In this document: positions 1 to 13,097 of the stretch, piece after piece
How positions within the stretch are numbered: position 1 is the first letter of the stretch
Layout of the letters: each line of letters starts with the position of its first letter
Source of the DNA: the human T2T-CHM13v2.0 reference genome, Homo sapiens
Reading direction: 5' to 3' (one strand)
DNA length: 64,000 nucleotides
Assembly: GCF_009914755.1 (NCBI RefSeq)
Contig: NC_060926.1
Translations under genes and position numbers: made by a program
The notes under the pieces: model-generated
The model's database searches: none
The model's input: only the letters and a program-made list of their open reading frames with translations
Told to the model about the DNA's origin: nothing

Positions 1-166
1 GGCGTGGCAAATGGCTGTAAATAAAGTAAAAGTGGCTAAAGAAAACAGTGCCTGCTATTAGCTTGATGCTGGCATTTTCTTCTTTCCCTGGATGTGACTG
101 TTATTGTCTTTATTGGGTCCCCTTATTATCTGCTTTGATATCCATCTCTGGAACTTTGATCTCTAA

Positions 167-464
167 TTTTTTTTTTTTTTTTTTTGAGACAGAGTCTCAC
201 TCTGTAGCCCAAGTTAGAGTGCAGTGACACGATCTTGGCTCACTGCAACCTCCACCTCCGGGGCTCAAGCAATTCTCGTGACTCAACATCCCAAATAGCT
301 GGGACTGTAGGCACGCACCACCATGCCCAGCTGATGTTTTGTATTTTTACAAAAATTTTTCACCATGTTGGCCAGGGTGGTCTCAAACTCCTAAGCTCAG
401 GAGATCCGCCTGCCTCAGCCTTTGAAAGTGCTGGGATTACAGGCGGGAGCCACCGTGCCCGACC
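167..464 (-). mobile_element. Alu SINE (old, AluJ/S-like)
   Basis: Poly-T, then gagacagagtctcactctg...gctgggattacaggcgggagccaccgtgcccgacc (reverse-complement Alu). Confidence 0.95.
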
Positions 465-657
465 TGACCTCTCCATCTTTGGCGTCCTTATGCTGCCTCT
501 TCTCCAAATACATGTTGGCCAGGGTGGTCTCAAACTCCTAAGCTCAGGAGATCCGCCTGCCTCAGCCTCTGAAAGTGCTGGGATTACAGGCGGGAGCCAC
601 CGTGCCTGACCTGACCTCTCCATCTTTGGCGTCCTTATGCTGCCTCTTCTCCAAATA
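364..657. repeat. 147-bp tandem duplication (Alu 5' part plus unique flank)
   Basis: 364-510 and 511-657 differ at 2 positions (tttgaaag/tctgaaag; gcccgac/gcctgac). Confidence 0.95.
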
Positions 658-1766
658 CAGTAACTAATCTAGTATATTTTCATAGGATAGAATTTGCCCT
701 TTCTGTCCCATAATATGTTCCTCTTCCCCAAAAAGTTTTTTGTTGGTCTCTTTGGTAATAAAACATTTAGAGCATTTACTGTGGGCCAGGTGCTTTACCT
801 CATGTTAGCCTTATAACAGAGATGCGGAAGTACAGGACTACCAGTGCAGCCAAGATGCACAGCACCAGGATTAACTCATGAGACTGATTAGAATGATGAA
901 TATCTTATTGTATCCTGAAACATTAAGCCTTTAAGTTATCCCTTTATTTAGTATTTAAATTCACATGCTTCTTGATTTTTTTGGACTAGCATTAGTTGTT
1001 GAATAAATAAATAATTCAGAATGTATCCACAAAACCTAGAATATATGACAGGGTGGATTCAGTTTTGCTTAGTTACTGTAGATAAACCAAATAAATTAAT
1101 GTAAAGGGATATTAATGCATTAAGCAATTTTTTTTGACATAAATGAAGGGTTGTTTCCATGGGTAATATATTCAGAATATTAAAGATGAGTAAAATGTAT
1201 GACTATAATGAATTCCTTCTTCACTTTTACTCTGGCAAGGTGGGAGGAGGGTGCTGTTGATAATCTCTGTGCTTTTGCAAGTTTGGCACAAAGACTTTTA
1301 CTCACTTAAATCTCAATATAAAGTATATTGCCAGATCTGGCAGCATGGGGACAATTAGGAACAAAGGAGAGAGAATAGAATCAGCCATCAGGAGCTATAA
1401 CCACACTCTTCTTTCTCAACCTTTTCTGGTATTAGTAGGCAGAACTCCTTTTGGATGCGGTGAAGCATTTTATGAGTGAACAATGGTGAGTCATGTAATG
1501 AAAGGAGATGTTCTAGGAAAACTTTTCAGTCCCGCTCAGTGCTGCCATCTTTTTCTCCCAGCACTCTGGACTTAAAATTCTGAGAGAACAGGGTATTTCC
1601 CACCCTTCCTCTTACTTTTTGAAAGCAATACCTGAGTTATTAAGCAATCATTTAGACAGTATGAATAAACCAAAATTCACCTTGACACTCCATCCCCTAG
1701 AGGTAACCATTCTTTTCTAGTATATATTCTTCCAGACCTTTTTCCTGTGTATTGACTTTTAAATAG

Positions 1767-2162
<396 letters not shown>

Positions 2163-4825
2163 TGAGTATTTTTTTGTGTGTGACAGTTGAACAATTCTGA
2201 CCCCTATTATTGTTGGCTGGACAGGCATTTTCTTTTTAATTCCTCTATGCAAGGAACTGTGGATTGCTTTTTTCTGGATAGCTAGAACGAGGCCATTTTC
2301 TTTCAAAAGACAGTCCTAGAGTTTCCAGTGGTTTTCTTTAATTGTGTATGCGTGAGTGTGACAGTGTGTGTGCCTGTGTCTCTATCTGTGCATGCATCTG
2401 TATGCACAGTTTCTTAGTTGTGGACAATGCAACTTGGAATCATTTTAGTTTTCCAATTGATTTTAAAAGTTTATCTATAGAAGATGAGACAAATTTGCTG
2501 TAGAAGTTACCACTACTTGGTCAAAATAGAGAGTTGTGGGTTTTTTTTTTTGTTTGACAACAATCAAAAGTATGGCCTACAGATAGTAAGGGTTAACCAC
2601 CCAGATTTTTGTCACATAATATATACATGTCCATGTAATTAAAAGTCTTCATTTGACAAATTTATATGGTAAATGAGCATAAAATGAATATCTTTTCAGT
2701 ATTAGAACATTTCTGTTTATGCCCTATTCCAGTGGTATTTGTGGTCGCTAGGGGTTGCTGGGTTATCCAAGTGATTCAGCATGCCTTCAGAATTGGCATC
2801 CTCGGGTGATTGTCCATAGCCTCTTGCAATGGTGCCTCATCTTGGGGAGGCTTTAGAACACAGCTCTCATTTAGCTTATTATTGATTTTTTTTTCTTGTT
2901 TTGCAGTTGTTGGCTAGAGAAAAGTGTGTAGCAATAAGTACGCACACTTACTGTGGTTTACCATCATGACCATGGATAGCAAACTGCCTTTTTTTTTTTT
3001 TTTAACTCCTGTGTCATCTCTGATGTTGTGGCTAATTTTAAGACTTTGATTTTTCAGCTAGGATTAGCGGAGAATGACCTACCTACTTGATTAATGATGT
3101 CTGCATGGGCTTACTAAGAGGGTGTGGGGAATGGTGGCAGGGGTAACTATCATCGAGAATATAGGGCAATGGGTATATTCTAACTTTGCATAACTTTGCT
3201 AGATTATATATATCTTTACTCACAATAAGCAAAGTTGAACAACTTAAAATTGATTCCCTGTTTTCTGTTTTCACTATCCAACTAGGATGAACTCTTAAGT
3301 TCATACATATACTTTAAAATGGGAACAAACATAGCCTGTCATGTCTTTATTTAGGCTAAGTGCATATGTATGTATAAGTAATGTGTATATCCTTCACTTA
3401 TTAATAGTGCCTTCATGAATTCAAAGACCCTTGTCACATGGTGCTCAGGAAAAAAAAAGTGCCAATATTCTTTTTTTTTTTTTCTCTAAGAAGTACTAGT
3501 TTAGGTAAGTGAAATTCAATAGCATATCAGTGCTTTACCTTAGTCACTTTTTGTGTTTTGATCACCCTTAGTCATCACTGGAGAGAAGAGTTTGAATTCA
3601 TTTGTGGTTTTGCTTTAGTGGCAAACCTCCTTACAGGGATGAGTTGCCCTCCATTCTCCTTGCCATATTTGGTTAATCTAGGCCATGACCTTTGAGGGGA
3701 AAAGGCACAGATTGCAACTTTTCTTTCCTGCTTTTGTGAATCAGGCCATGTTCACGCAGGGTCCTTGAAGGTGACTTGAGTGAGGAAGCTATATACCGAT
3801 GACTTACCAATTTTTGGTCTTATAACATTCTCTCTCTTTTTTTTTTTTTTTTTTTGTAGCATATGGCTTCCTCTACTGTATGTTGGCATTTGCCACTTTT
3901 GGGGATTTGACTCCTGCAGGTATTTTTTTTTTTTTCTTTTGGGGGAGTGTGACGGCAGTGGATATAGTCTTAGATGATGTTTTTAATAGTTCAAGTCCAT
4001 TAGTGTCTTACTCTAGAGAAAACGAAAGACTCACTGTGTGAGTTTTCTTGCCCTCTGGTTTTCAGAATTCTGTGTAGTTTCTCAACATTTCCTTTCTACC
4101 TGTCCTGAAGAGCTCTTATGGAAATCATGGTTGAATGTTAGTAAATTTCTAAGAGCTTTCCAATGTTGTCTATAATTAGCCAAAAAAAGACATATGAACT
4201 TTTCTCATTCTGTCTACCTTTTTAAAATTTTATTCACTTTATCTTTTTCTCCAGTTTTGATAGATGATTATAGAGTTCCCCAAAATGGCCTTCTTACTAT
4301 TTCTATATTAGGTATATTATTTCAGAAAAGAAAATAATCACTTGGGAATGGCGGTGAGTTCAGGGGGTCTGTTAACCATTTAATTTAGGATTGTTTATAC
4401 ATTTATTTACCTCTTTTAAAAAATTTCTTCAGTTAATATTCATTGACCACTCACTAAGTGTTATGTTGCTAGTATTTATCTTTGCTTTCTAATTATTTTT
4501 TTGTAATTTTTTTGCTTTCTAATTCTTGAGTGAATTTAAAACTCACTGCTTTATTATTTAATATCTTAGATACAATGACTATCTTAATTATAATTGGCTT
4601 TCCAAAATTTTCACTTTTTTTCAGTTAACTAGTTGAATAGTATTTATCATTCACATTTGCACCCTAACTATTGTTTTAACCTAAACATAAATAAGCAAGC
4701 ATTAGAAAGTAGCATAATTGCTGTTAAAATAGTCTTTTCTTTGCGTGTTTAAATATTGTTAGAAACATAAGCACATGAATTTTTTTGGCCTTTTAAATGT
4801 CTTTATTGTAGCTAGTTATAAGATG

Positions 4826-4890
4826 TATATATAGCTTATATATGTGTATATACACATACATATATATATATACATACATATATATACATA
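4826..4890. repeat. (TA)n/(TACA)n microsatellite
   Basis: tatatagcttatatatgtgtatatacacatacatatatatatatacatacata... Confidence 0.85.
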
Positions 4891-5502
4891 AAATGATTCT
4901 TGCAAAAGTAGTTATGGGTATTTAAGTGAAAAATTTGTAAGTTTAGAAGTTAAGAAATTGGAAATAATGGAATTGGTTTAAAAAGCTAGTCTCTAAATTA
5001 ACTTAGAAACCTAATAGCAAATACAGATTTTGATTGCTATAACTAAACACTTTAATTTTGAAAAAGTTTCAGAATAGAATTTCTATTCCCAGGGGAAAAT
5101 AAACTTCATTTAAAAATATATGTATACTTATTTTGTGAGTATTTTTTTCTTTTCCAAATTCCAAAAGGTGTATACTCTATATTTTTGTCATAAAAATTCT
5201 GCTTGTCGAAAATATTGTAGTAATTTTATAAATTCAATAAAACCTGAGTGATGTGAACAGTGTGGGGGAAAATGTTTAATAAATTTGCCATGCCACTGAG
5301 AAAAACTTAAATACAGCATGTTTTGAAAGTTTGAGGAAGCGTAACACTTTGCTTTTTAAAAACGTGACTGGTTTGCTGCACATTTAAATTTAAAAGCTGG
5401 TTGGCTATTTTAAGATTAGTGCTGTGATGTGAGAAAAGATAGTAGTGATGATAGCTAACCTTTAAACGAAAGCATACAGTGCATCACCTTATTTGTTTAG
5501 AT

Positions 5503-6036
<534 letters not shown>

Positions 6037-6139
6037 TCAATTCTGATTGTTGCATTTTAGAAGAGGTGGGGGATGTGTGTTTCTATGTGTATATAGATAG
6101 ATATAGATCTATCTCTTTTATATATCTGTCTCACTAAAG

Positions 6140-6328
6140 TTTGTGGCCATCGTCTAGCAGTCAGAAAGGCCAAATAGGTCCTTATTAGCATGGGCCGAGG
6201 TTCCCTTGGGGGTTGTTAGAAATGCAGAATCTCAGCATCCCCATCCCAGATCTGCTGAACTAGATTCTGCGTTTTCAAAAGTTCCTTCGGTGATTGCTAC
6301 ACACTTTAAAGTTTGAGAAGCACTACTG
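6140..6328. mobile_element. MER5-like DNA transposon fragment
   Basis: gttagaaatgcagaatctcag...gtgattgctacacactttaaagtttgagaagcact resembles the MER5A core and end. Confidence 0.65.
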
Positions 6329-7329
6329 GAGGTGATATTAGGGTAAATGTAGATCTCCATACACCCTGCCTTTTGCTTCTCTCTGGTTTTCTGACTAAAG
6401 TTTTGACATTTTTATGTGGGGTTGGAAAATGAAGCTAGTACTATGTGCTCACATCAGCAGATTAATAGCTGTGGTGAGTTTCTGATCTGGAGCAGATGTG
6501 AAGGAGACGACTGCCATCACCACAAAACTCCACTCTTCCCTCAGATGGGGAAAGAGAAAACAGCTCAAAGAATGGTCACTGGGCTGAAGGCAGTGCTCTT
6601 TCAGTCTCTTCTCTCAACTACCCTGTGTGTTAAGGAAAAATAAGAAGTACAGTACTTGCAAGGATACTGCTTTATACATGCCTTTGAGAATTCTCTGGAA
6701 GAGAAAGCTACTTCCCTTTAAGTAAGAAATGTACTCATCCCAGTGTCAAACTGCAATTAATAAAGCCAAATCCTCCAAGTTCTCTGGAATAATTTCTATA
6801 CAATGCCCTGCACTCAGAAACCTTTCTTATAGTGGCTACAATCCCGTATCTTAAATATTTCAAGAACTCTCAGTCTGCTTCCCTCTGTCTCAACCCCTAC
6901 CAAGAAATAGGCAGATTATTTTGCTAGGATGCTTTCTTCCTGCAATGATTGAACGATTCTTTTGTGTGAATACTATAGGGTCCAGTAGTGTAGTTTCTGG
7001 GAAGCTCTCCCATTGCTGTCCCTTCACGTGACACGCTGGGTCAGGTAAGCACCCTATTTCCTGACTATATTTCAGATGCCAGTTAAGGGTTCAGCATCTC
7101 TGGCCTGAGCTTTCTGAGAAGAGGAATTCCCTACACTAGAAATGAAGGACTTTTTTTACAGGAAGCAACCTGATGGCATTTTGCTGTTGACCCTGCCCTG
7201 GAACTACAATGATTCTCAAAGTGGAAAAGAGCCCTCTTCTCCCTAATCAAGCACTCTCTTGCCTGCTCACCCTCCAGCAGGTTTGGTTCTTGGTGTTTTG
7301 AAGGGGTGGAAAGACAACACTGATAAACA

Positions 7330-7420
7330 GAGACCTGGCCTCTAGTTCCAGCTCTGTTGCTAACCATGTGACTCTGGGCATGTTATTCAAAGACCTGGAT
7401 CTCAATATTCTCCATTTTGA
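7330..7420 (+). mobile_element. MIR SINE fragment
   Basis: ctagttccagctctgttgctaaccatgtgactctgggcatgttatt resembles the MIR core. Confidence 0.55.
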
Positions 7421-8889
7421 GCTTTCTTTCTGGGGTCTCATTCTCTTCCCCTTAGTGGTCCTTTAGGTTTTTAGGACAGAGCATCTCAGCCTCCCACCTG
7501 GTCTTGGCCTCATGGGCCTGGTGGTGTCCCTTCTCTTTGGCTTCTTTGGGTTGTGGCAGGGATATGGAAGTGAAGGGGAAACAGCTGGCCTGCCTTATGC
7601 ATGTGGGCCGAATTTCTTGGCAAGTTGGAGAACGAGGAATACCTGTGTCCCTCATCTGACCAAAAGCTAAAAGTTGATTATGGTGGTCTCAGAAGTGGCA
7701 GCTGACAACAAAAAGCTGCATTCATTCATGTGCTACATCCCTTCATAAGGCTGAGACCGGTGTCTGACAGAGGCCCCTCAACATCGCTGGAGACTTCTAT
7801 AACTCAGGGAATTCGTATCTATTGCATATAGCAAGAAGTATTCATCCTTGAGGCTCTGCTGGTTCAGGAACCACAAGGTTCATTGGCAGCAGCCTCTCCT
7901 GGATGCAGAAGGAAAGGAAATTCTGAGCATCGAGCCTTTGTAGGGTTTCAAAAATGGAGTTCATCACTGCCTCTTTTTAGGGGGAACTATGTGTAGGTAT
8001 TTCTCAGGTGGCTTAGACATCCCAAGGAACAGAGTTGGGGAAATACTGACCCAGAGATACCAAAAAGCACAAAACCAAACTCTCACTTTTTATAATTTCA
8101 AATAAAAACCCACGGGCCAATCTATTTTCACAAATCCTATCTATCTAGTCTGCTGCCTCGTAGACACATGTAGGACAGCATTTCTTAAACTTTTAAAGCC
8201 ACTGGCATCTTTGTAAATGAAACCTAAAAAATATACATAGACACAGTCTCAGGGAACCTTGTGGATCACTAACAATCTCAGGATAAGCATGAGTTTCATG
8301 TTTGGAATCCCGACCTTTAGGCCACACTATCTTTTGCAGAGAATTCTTACAAGATTGAGAAGCATTGGCATAGCTGCCCATTCCTCTTACCTGCTTTCCA
8401 TCTCTTCTTAAAATAGAGCAGGAGTGAATGGGTATCATCTCCATCGGCTGTATTCTTGACACGGCATCCTCAGCGGAACTTGGTTTGCTGGGCAGGACTC
8501 TTCTACCTCTTCACTGCCAATGCCATAGCAGTGGCCTTTGTCACTTAAAAGGTTTTGGGCAGTAAGGTGTCCTCCTATATCCATCCCTTGCTGCCACTTT
8601 TCCTATGCCTGGGAAGTCTAACAGATTGGCTTCATTGACATGCACCCCCAAGTCCCATGAAAATCTTAGGAAAGACCTTTCCACGATTGCCTATAACCTC
8701 CCAGGGCTATAATTAAAAGGGACATCATGGGTTAGAAATTTGGTGGTAGGTGAAGTCTTCCTGTGAGTGGAATTCTATAGGCGGAAATAAGCTCTTTGAT
8801 GTAGAAAGCAAACAAATGTCATAGCTTTCTCAGAACAGCTAAAGACTTGGTAAAAATAAAATTTTATCAAGTCTCTAGTTGACTTAAAT

Positions 8890-9250
8890 CTCTTTAGTGA
8901 TTCCCTTACCTCTTAGGGAAAAGCCCAAACTCTATTATATGGTATATGAGGCCTTCTGCAAGGTGGCCTTGCCTCTTGCACCCAGCCCTTCAAAGGTTGT
9001 TCCACTATAATCTTTTTTCTACTAAATTTAAAAAAAATTTTCTTTAAACTTTTTTGGATGTATTGTGCCATCCTTTGCCCCTAGGTCTCTGCAGGTGCAA
9101 AGGTCCTCTGCCTGGAAAGTGAGGCCTGCCCCTTCTTATCCCATATTTTAGGTTGCAGCTTTTGCCTGTTTGCCCCTTTCTCTGACTGGATAAGATGCCT
9201 CAGCAATGTGCTCCCAAACACTCCAGATTTCTTTGATCATAGCACTTAAC
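8890..9250. mobile_element. Degenerate L2 LINE fragment
   Basis: agcccaaactc...atgaggccttctgcaa...tttgccc...ctctgcctggaa resembles the L2 3' region. Confidence 0.45.
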
Positions 9251-9833
9251 TTCATTTCTTAGAGGATATTCAGTTGCCTCTTCAACCAAGATCTATTCCT
9301 TTCCACATCTTCAGTGTTTCCACCTCATATAGCCTGTCTCAACCTGCATTATGCATAGCACCAATGAAAAGCAAATTCTGTCTTCAAATAAATTTGGGGA
9401 ACACTGTGTCACCTCCTGGAAACATAATTCATAGCTCATAAAAGACTGAGAAATCCTGTATAGAGAAGAAAAATTACCCAAATTCTAAGTTTATTAGGCT
9501 GTGGAACAGTTTTTCCACAACATCTTGAAGAGCAGAGTTTGGGAAACATTGACCCAGAGGTACCAAAATGCATAAAGGCAAGTTTTCATATTTTATAACC
9601 TTAGAATAAAAACCCATGGGCCAGTCTATTTTCAAAAGTCCTACTTAAGTAGCAGTCACTATTTTCTCCTATTACAAGGAAATGACTTTCTCTACCTGAA
9701 TTTCTCAAAATTACGTTTGGGGCAGAGTAAACAAAACTGAAAATTACTTTTTCTTTCTGGAGCACGATCATAAAACAATCTTCTTGAATCAGTCACCATG
9801 GAGATATCAATTTAACCTGTTATTTTATGGGCT

Positions 9834-9895
9834 GTTTCTGGTTTAACAACCTCTATGGTTCATCGTTTCTGGTTTAACAACCTCTATGGTTCATC
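9834..9895. repeat. Perfect 31-bp tandem duplication
   Basis: gtttctggtttaacaacctctatggttcatc x2 (9834-9864, 9865-9895). Confidence 0.95.
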
Positions 9896-10000
9896 TACAT
9901 AATCAGCTACTATTGGATAGAGAAAAAATCTGTCTTTTCAGAAATTCCCTCAGAACACTTACTATAAAGAGGTGCTGTTCCATGTCCGCCACATCTAGGG

Positions 10001-10394
10001 TGACAGGTTGGATTATGTCCCTCCCTAAGAGATGTTGGACTCATAACCTCAAGTACCTCAGGATGCGAACTTATTTGGTGATAGGCTTTATAGAGGTAAT
10101 TAAGTTGAAGTGGAGTAACTAGGATGAGCCTCAGTAGTATGACTGGTATCCTAAAATGGAGAAATTTGGACACAGACATGCAGGAAAAATGTCGTGTGAA
10201 CATGAAAATAGCCATCTACAGAAAAGGAGAGAGGCTTAGGAGAGATTCTTCCCTCAGAGTTCTCAGAAGGAACCAACCCTGCCAACACCCTGATTTTGGA
10301 CTTCCAACCTCCAGAGCTGCGAGACAATACATTTCTGTTGTGTCTGCCACTCGATTTATGGTACTTTGTTCCAGCAGTGCTAGAAAATGAATAC
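10001..10394 (+). mobile_element. MLT1 (ERVL-MaLR) solo LTR
   Basis: Typical MLT1 motifs: gaaggaaccaaccctgccaacaccctgattttggacttccaacctccaga and ttatggtactttgtt...gaaaatgaataca. Confidence 0.85.
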
Positions 10395-10591
10395 ACTAGT
10401 CCCCTCTGATCTGTGGTTTCACTTTCTGCTGTTTCTGTTACCCATAGTACAGTACAATAAGATATATAGAGACAGAGAGATCACATTCATAAAACTTTTA
10501 TTATAGTACATTGTTATATTCTATTATTGTTGTTAATCTCTTACTGTGCCTAATTTGCCTAATTTATAAATTAAACTTTTTCATAGGTATG

Positions 10592-10958
10592 CGTATTAGT
10601 CCATTTTCACGCTGCTGATAAAGACATACCTGAGACTGTGTCATTTATAAAGAAAAGAGGTTTAATTGACTCACAGTTCCACGTGGCTGGGAAGGCCTCA
10701 CAATCATGGCGAAGGCAAGGAGGAGCAAGTCACATCTTACGTGGTGTCAGGGAAGAGAGAAATGAGAACCAAACAAAAGGGGTTTCCCCTTATAAAACCG
10801 TCAGATCTTGTAAGACTTATTCACTACCATGATAACAGTATGGGGGAAACGGCTCCCATGATTCAATTATCTCCTACCAGGTCCCTCTCACAAGGTGGAA
10901 ATTATGCGAGCTACAATTCAAGATGAGATTTGAGTGAGGACACAGCCAAACCGTATCA
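10592..10958 (-). mobile_element. THE1 (MaLR) solo LTR
   Basis: gtattagtccattttcacgctgctgataaagacatacctgagactg...gacacagccaaaccgtatca, 367 bp, with imperfect 5-bp TSD gtatg/gcatg. Confidence 0.9.
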
Positions 10959-10982
10959 GCATGTACGTATAAGAAAAATCAT

Positions 10983-11410
<428 letters not shown>

Positions 11411-11489
11411 CTAGGCTAGGTCCCCTCTAAAGTGCTGCTTCTCTAGTCCCTAGCTTCAATATTCTGTACTGTGGTCCCTAACAGAATAA

Positions 11490-11690
11490 TGATTGCTGGT
11501 ATTTATTGGGTGCTCTGCTAAGCGCTGTTCTGAGTTTTACAAGTAGTAACTTGTCTAATCGTCACAATAATACTGTGAGGTTGCTGCTGTTATTCTCATT
11601 TTATGGACGAGAATGTCAAAGAATGGAGAAGTTGGGTAACCTGCCCCAGGTGAAGTAAGTTAGTAAACAGCAGTTCCTAGATTTGAGCGG
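11490..11690 (-). mobile_element. MIR SINE
   Basis: aatcgtcacaataatactgtgagg...tattctcattttatggacgagaa...agaagttgggtaacctgcccca resembles reverse-complement MIR. Confidence 0.65.
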
Positions 11691-11849
11691 GGCCCTCAGG
11701 GTTTTGAATGCAGACATGTAATTGCAACATGATTCGGCTGATCATGTAGCCAGGGTGTGGGGTTTATAAAATAGACGTGAATAAAAAAAAGGGGCAGGAT
11801 GACAGTGAAGCTTGCTCATGGGTTTTGTGGAGGGCGTAGATTGGAACCA

Positions 11850-12060
11850 AAAAGCACGCCTCGGCTTGGTGCTCCCTGTCGCCCTCTGTTGACATGGGGA
11901 GAGAAGAGCGGGTCTGACTCGGAAATGACGCCATAATGCTGAGGAACCACTCCTGGCGTTGCGGAAGGTGGGGTGTGGGGCCGGAAGACCCTCCCCCCGC
12001 GTCTTCAGAGGAGCGCTGTTTCTGGAGGAGTTAGGGGAAGGAGGCTGCCTGGTAAGCCAG
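11850..12060 (+). promoter_or_regulatory. CpG-enriched housekeeping-type promoter (putative TTN-AS1 promoter)
   Basis: Local CpG/GC enrichment; ETS cores CGGAA at 11920, 11962 and 11982; ETS-CRE-like CGGAAATGACG (11920-11930); CACCC/KLF box ggggtgtgggg (11970-11980); plus-strand donors follow at 12052 and 12431. Confidence 0.65.
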
Positions 12061-12430
12061 GAAAGGGGCTTCTGGCCGTTCTGTTGGAGCGCCTCTGACT
12101 GACTTCCCCCATGTGTCCGTGTGGCCACACCGTGCTACTTTCAGAGGCAGTGGGCTTTTCGCTAAGGGATAAAAAGAAGTAAAACCTTGCCTTTAGCGCA
12201 GCTCTCCTTCACTGGGCAGATTGCTCTCCCTCCCCACTCTCCCAGGCCCAAATTGGATCTCAGCGCCTGGGAGCTCCAACTTTAGCAAGTGCGAAATCCT
12301 GTCTTCGGTTTTGGAATTTTCATCCGCACAGACTATATCAGCCACGGATAGGATATGTGAGAATACCAGCATGTCAAGGCTGGGAATCATCCTTAGGCAT
12401 CACCTAGCCAGTCCTGCCTCTCATTTTAAG
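11900..12430 (+). ncRNA. TTN-AS1: TTN-AS1 5' exon region (TSS not determinable)
   Basis: Donor CTG|gtaagc (12051/12052), acceptor ccttgcctttag| (12196) and strong donor AAG|gtaaga (12430/12431). Name recalled from the locus. Confidence 0.6.
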
Positions 12431-12599
12431 GTAAGAATAGGCATTTAACATTGTAAGATGATGTAGTGGGTTCTGTTGGCATCACTTAGATGCCCAGGAA
12501 ATGTGTATTCTTCCATCGATTTCTCGATTGTTCACTGTTTGGCTGCGTTAGTCCACGGAGAATTGTCCTGGCCAACAGGCACCCCTCTTCACTTGGGAA

Positions 12600-12910
12600 G
12601 GTTTATTTCCCTCTTCCATCCCTCCTCAGCCCCTCAGCTTATAGCCTGTAGCCATTGACTGGTTGGTAAGGGGGTACAAAATGTCAGCCCCCTTGCTCCT
12701 AGATGGAACCAACTCTGTGGTACGATTGAAGCTCCCTGTGAGATCTGGCTGAGGCTTCTGCTGAGACCACATTCGTGCTCAGCTTGCTTCCTCTGCCCTA
12801 TCTGCTGGCTGCCCCATTCCCTTTTTCCCTGAGAGTAATAATCCCTCAAAGAATTTCTGAGACAAGAATCCCCGTCTCAGGCTCTGCTTTTAGGGAATCT
12901 GACTTAAGAC
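12600..12910 (+). mobile_element. LTR16-like (ERVL) LTR fragment
   Basis: 3' end aagaatcccgtctcaggctctgcttttagggaatctgacttaagac resembles LTR16. Confidence 0.6.
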
Positions 12911-13097
12911 GGAAAACTTGCTGAATAAATTAATGAAGACCCAGGATTTTTCTCTGGAGAATGAAAACTGACAGTACATTTGCTTCAGCTTTGGTCACCT
13001 GTACCTACATTAAGGAGGTGAATTTAGGCAAATAACATCATAGGCTTATAATTATGATTAACAAATTGAAGTGGACAAATACAGATATTTTTGGCAT

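Noticed and set aside
2885-2945. Plus-strand acceptor ttttgcag (2906) followed by TAA|gtacgc, a possible 31-nt micro-exon
   Set aside because: Weak donor, no partner exon visible, and such motifs are common in T-rich UTR sequence.
3088-3180. ATGATG resembling a snoRNA C box
   Set aside because: No matching D box or terminal stem at a plausible distance.
11763-11774. TATAAAATAG as a TATA box or MEF2 site
   Set aside because: Does not fit YTA(A/T)4TAR spacing and lies ~150 bp upstream of the ETS cluster; unsupported.
12193-12448. Short ORFs over the TTN-AS1 5' exon as possible micropeptides
   Set aside because: The plus-strand ORF starts at a non-ATG codon and runs through the splice donor; no homology recognised. 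Ribosome profiling would be needed.
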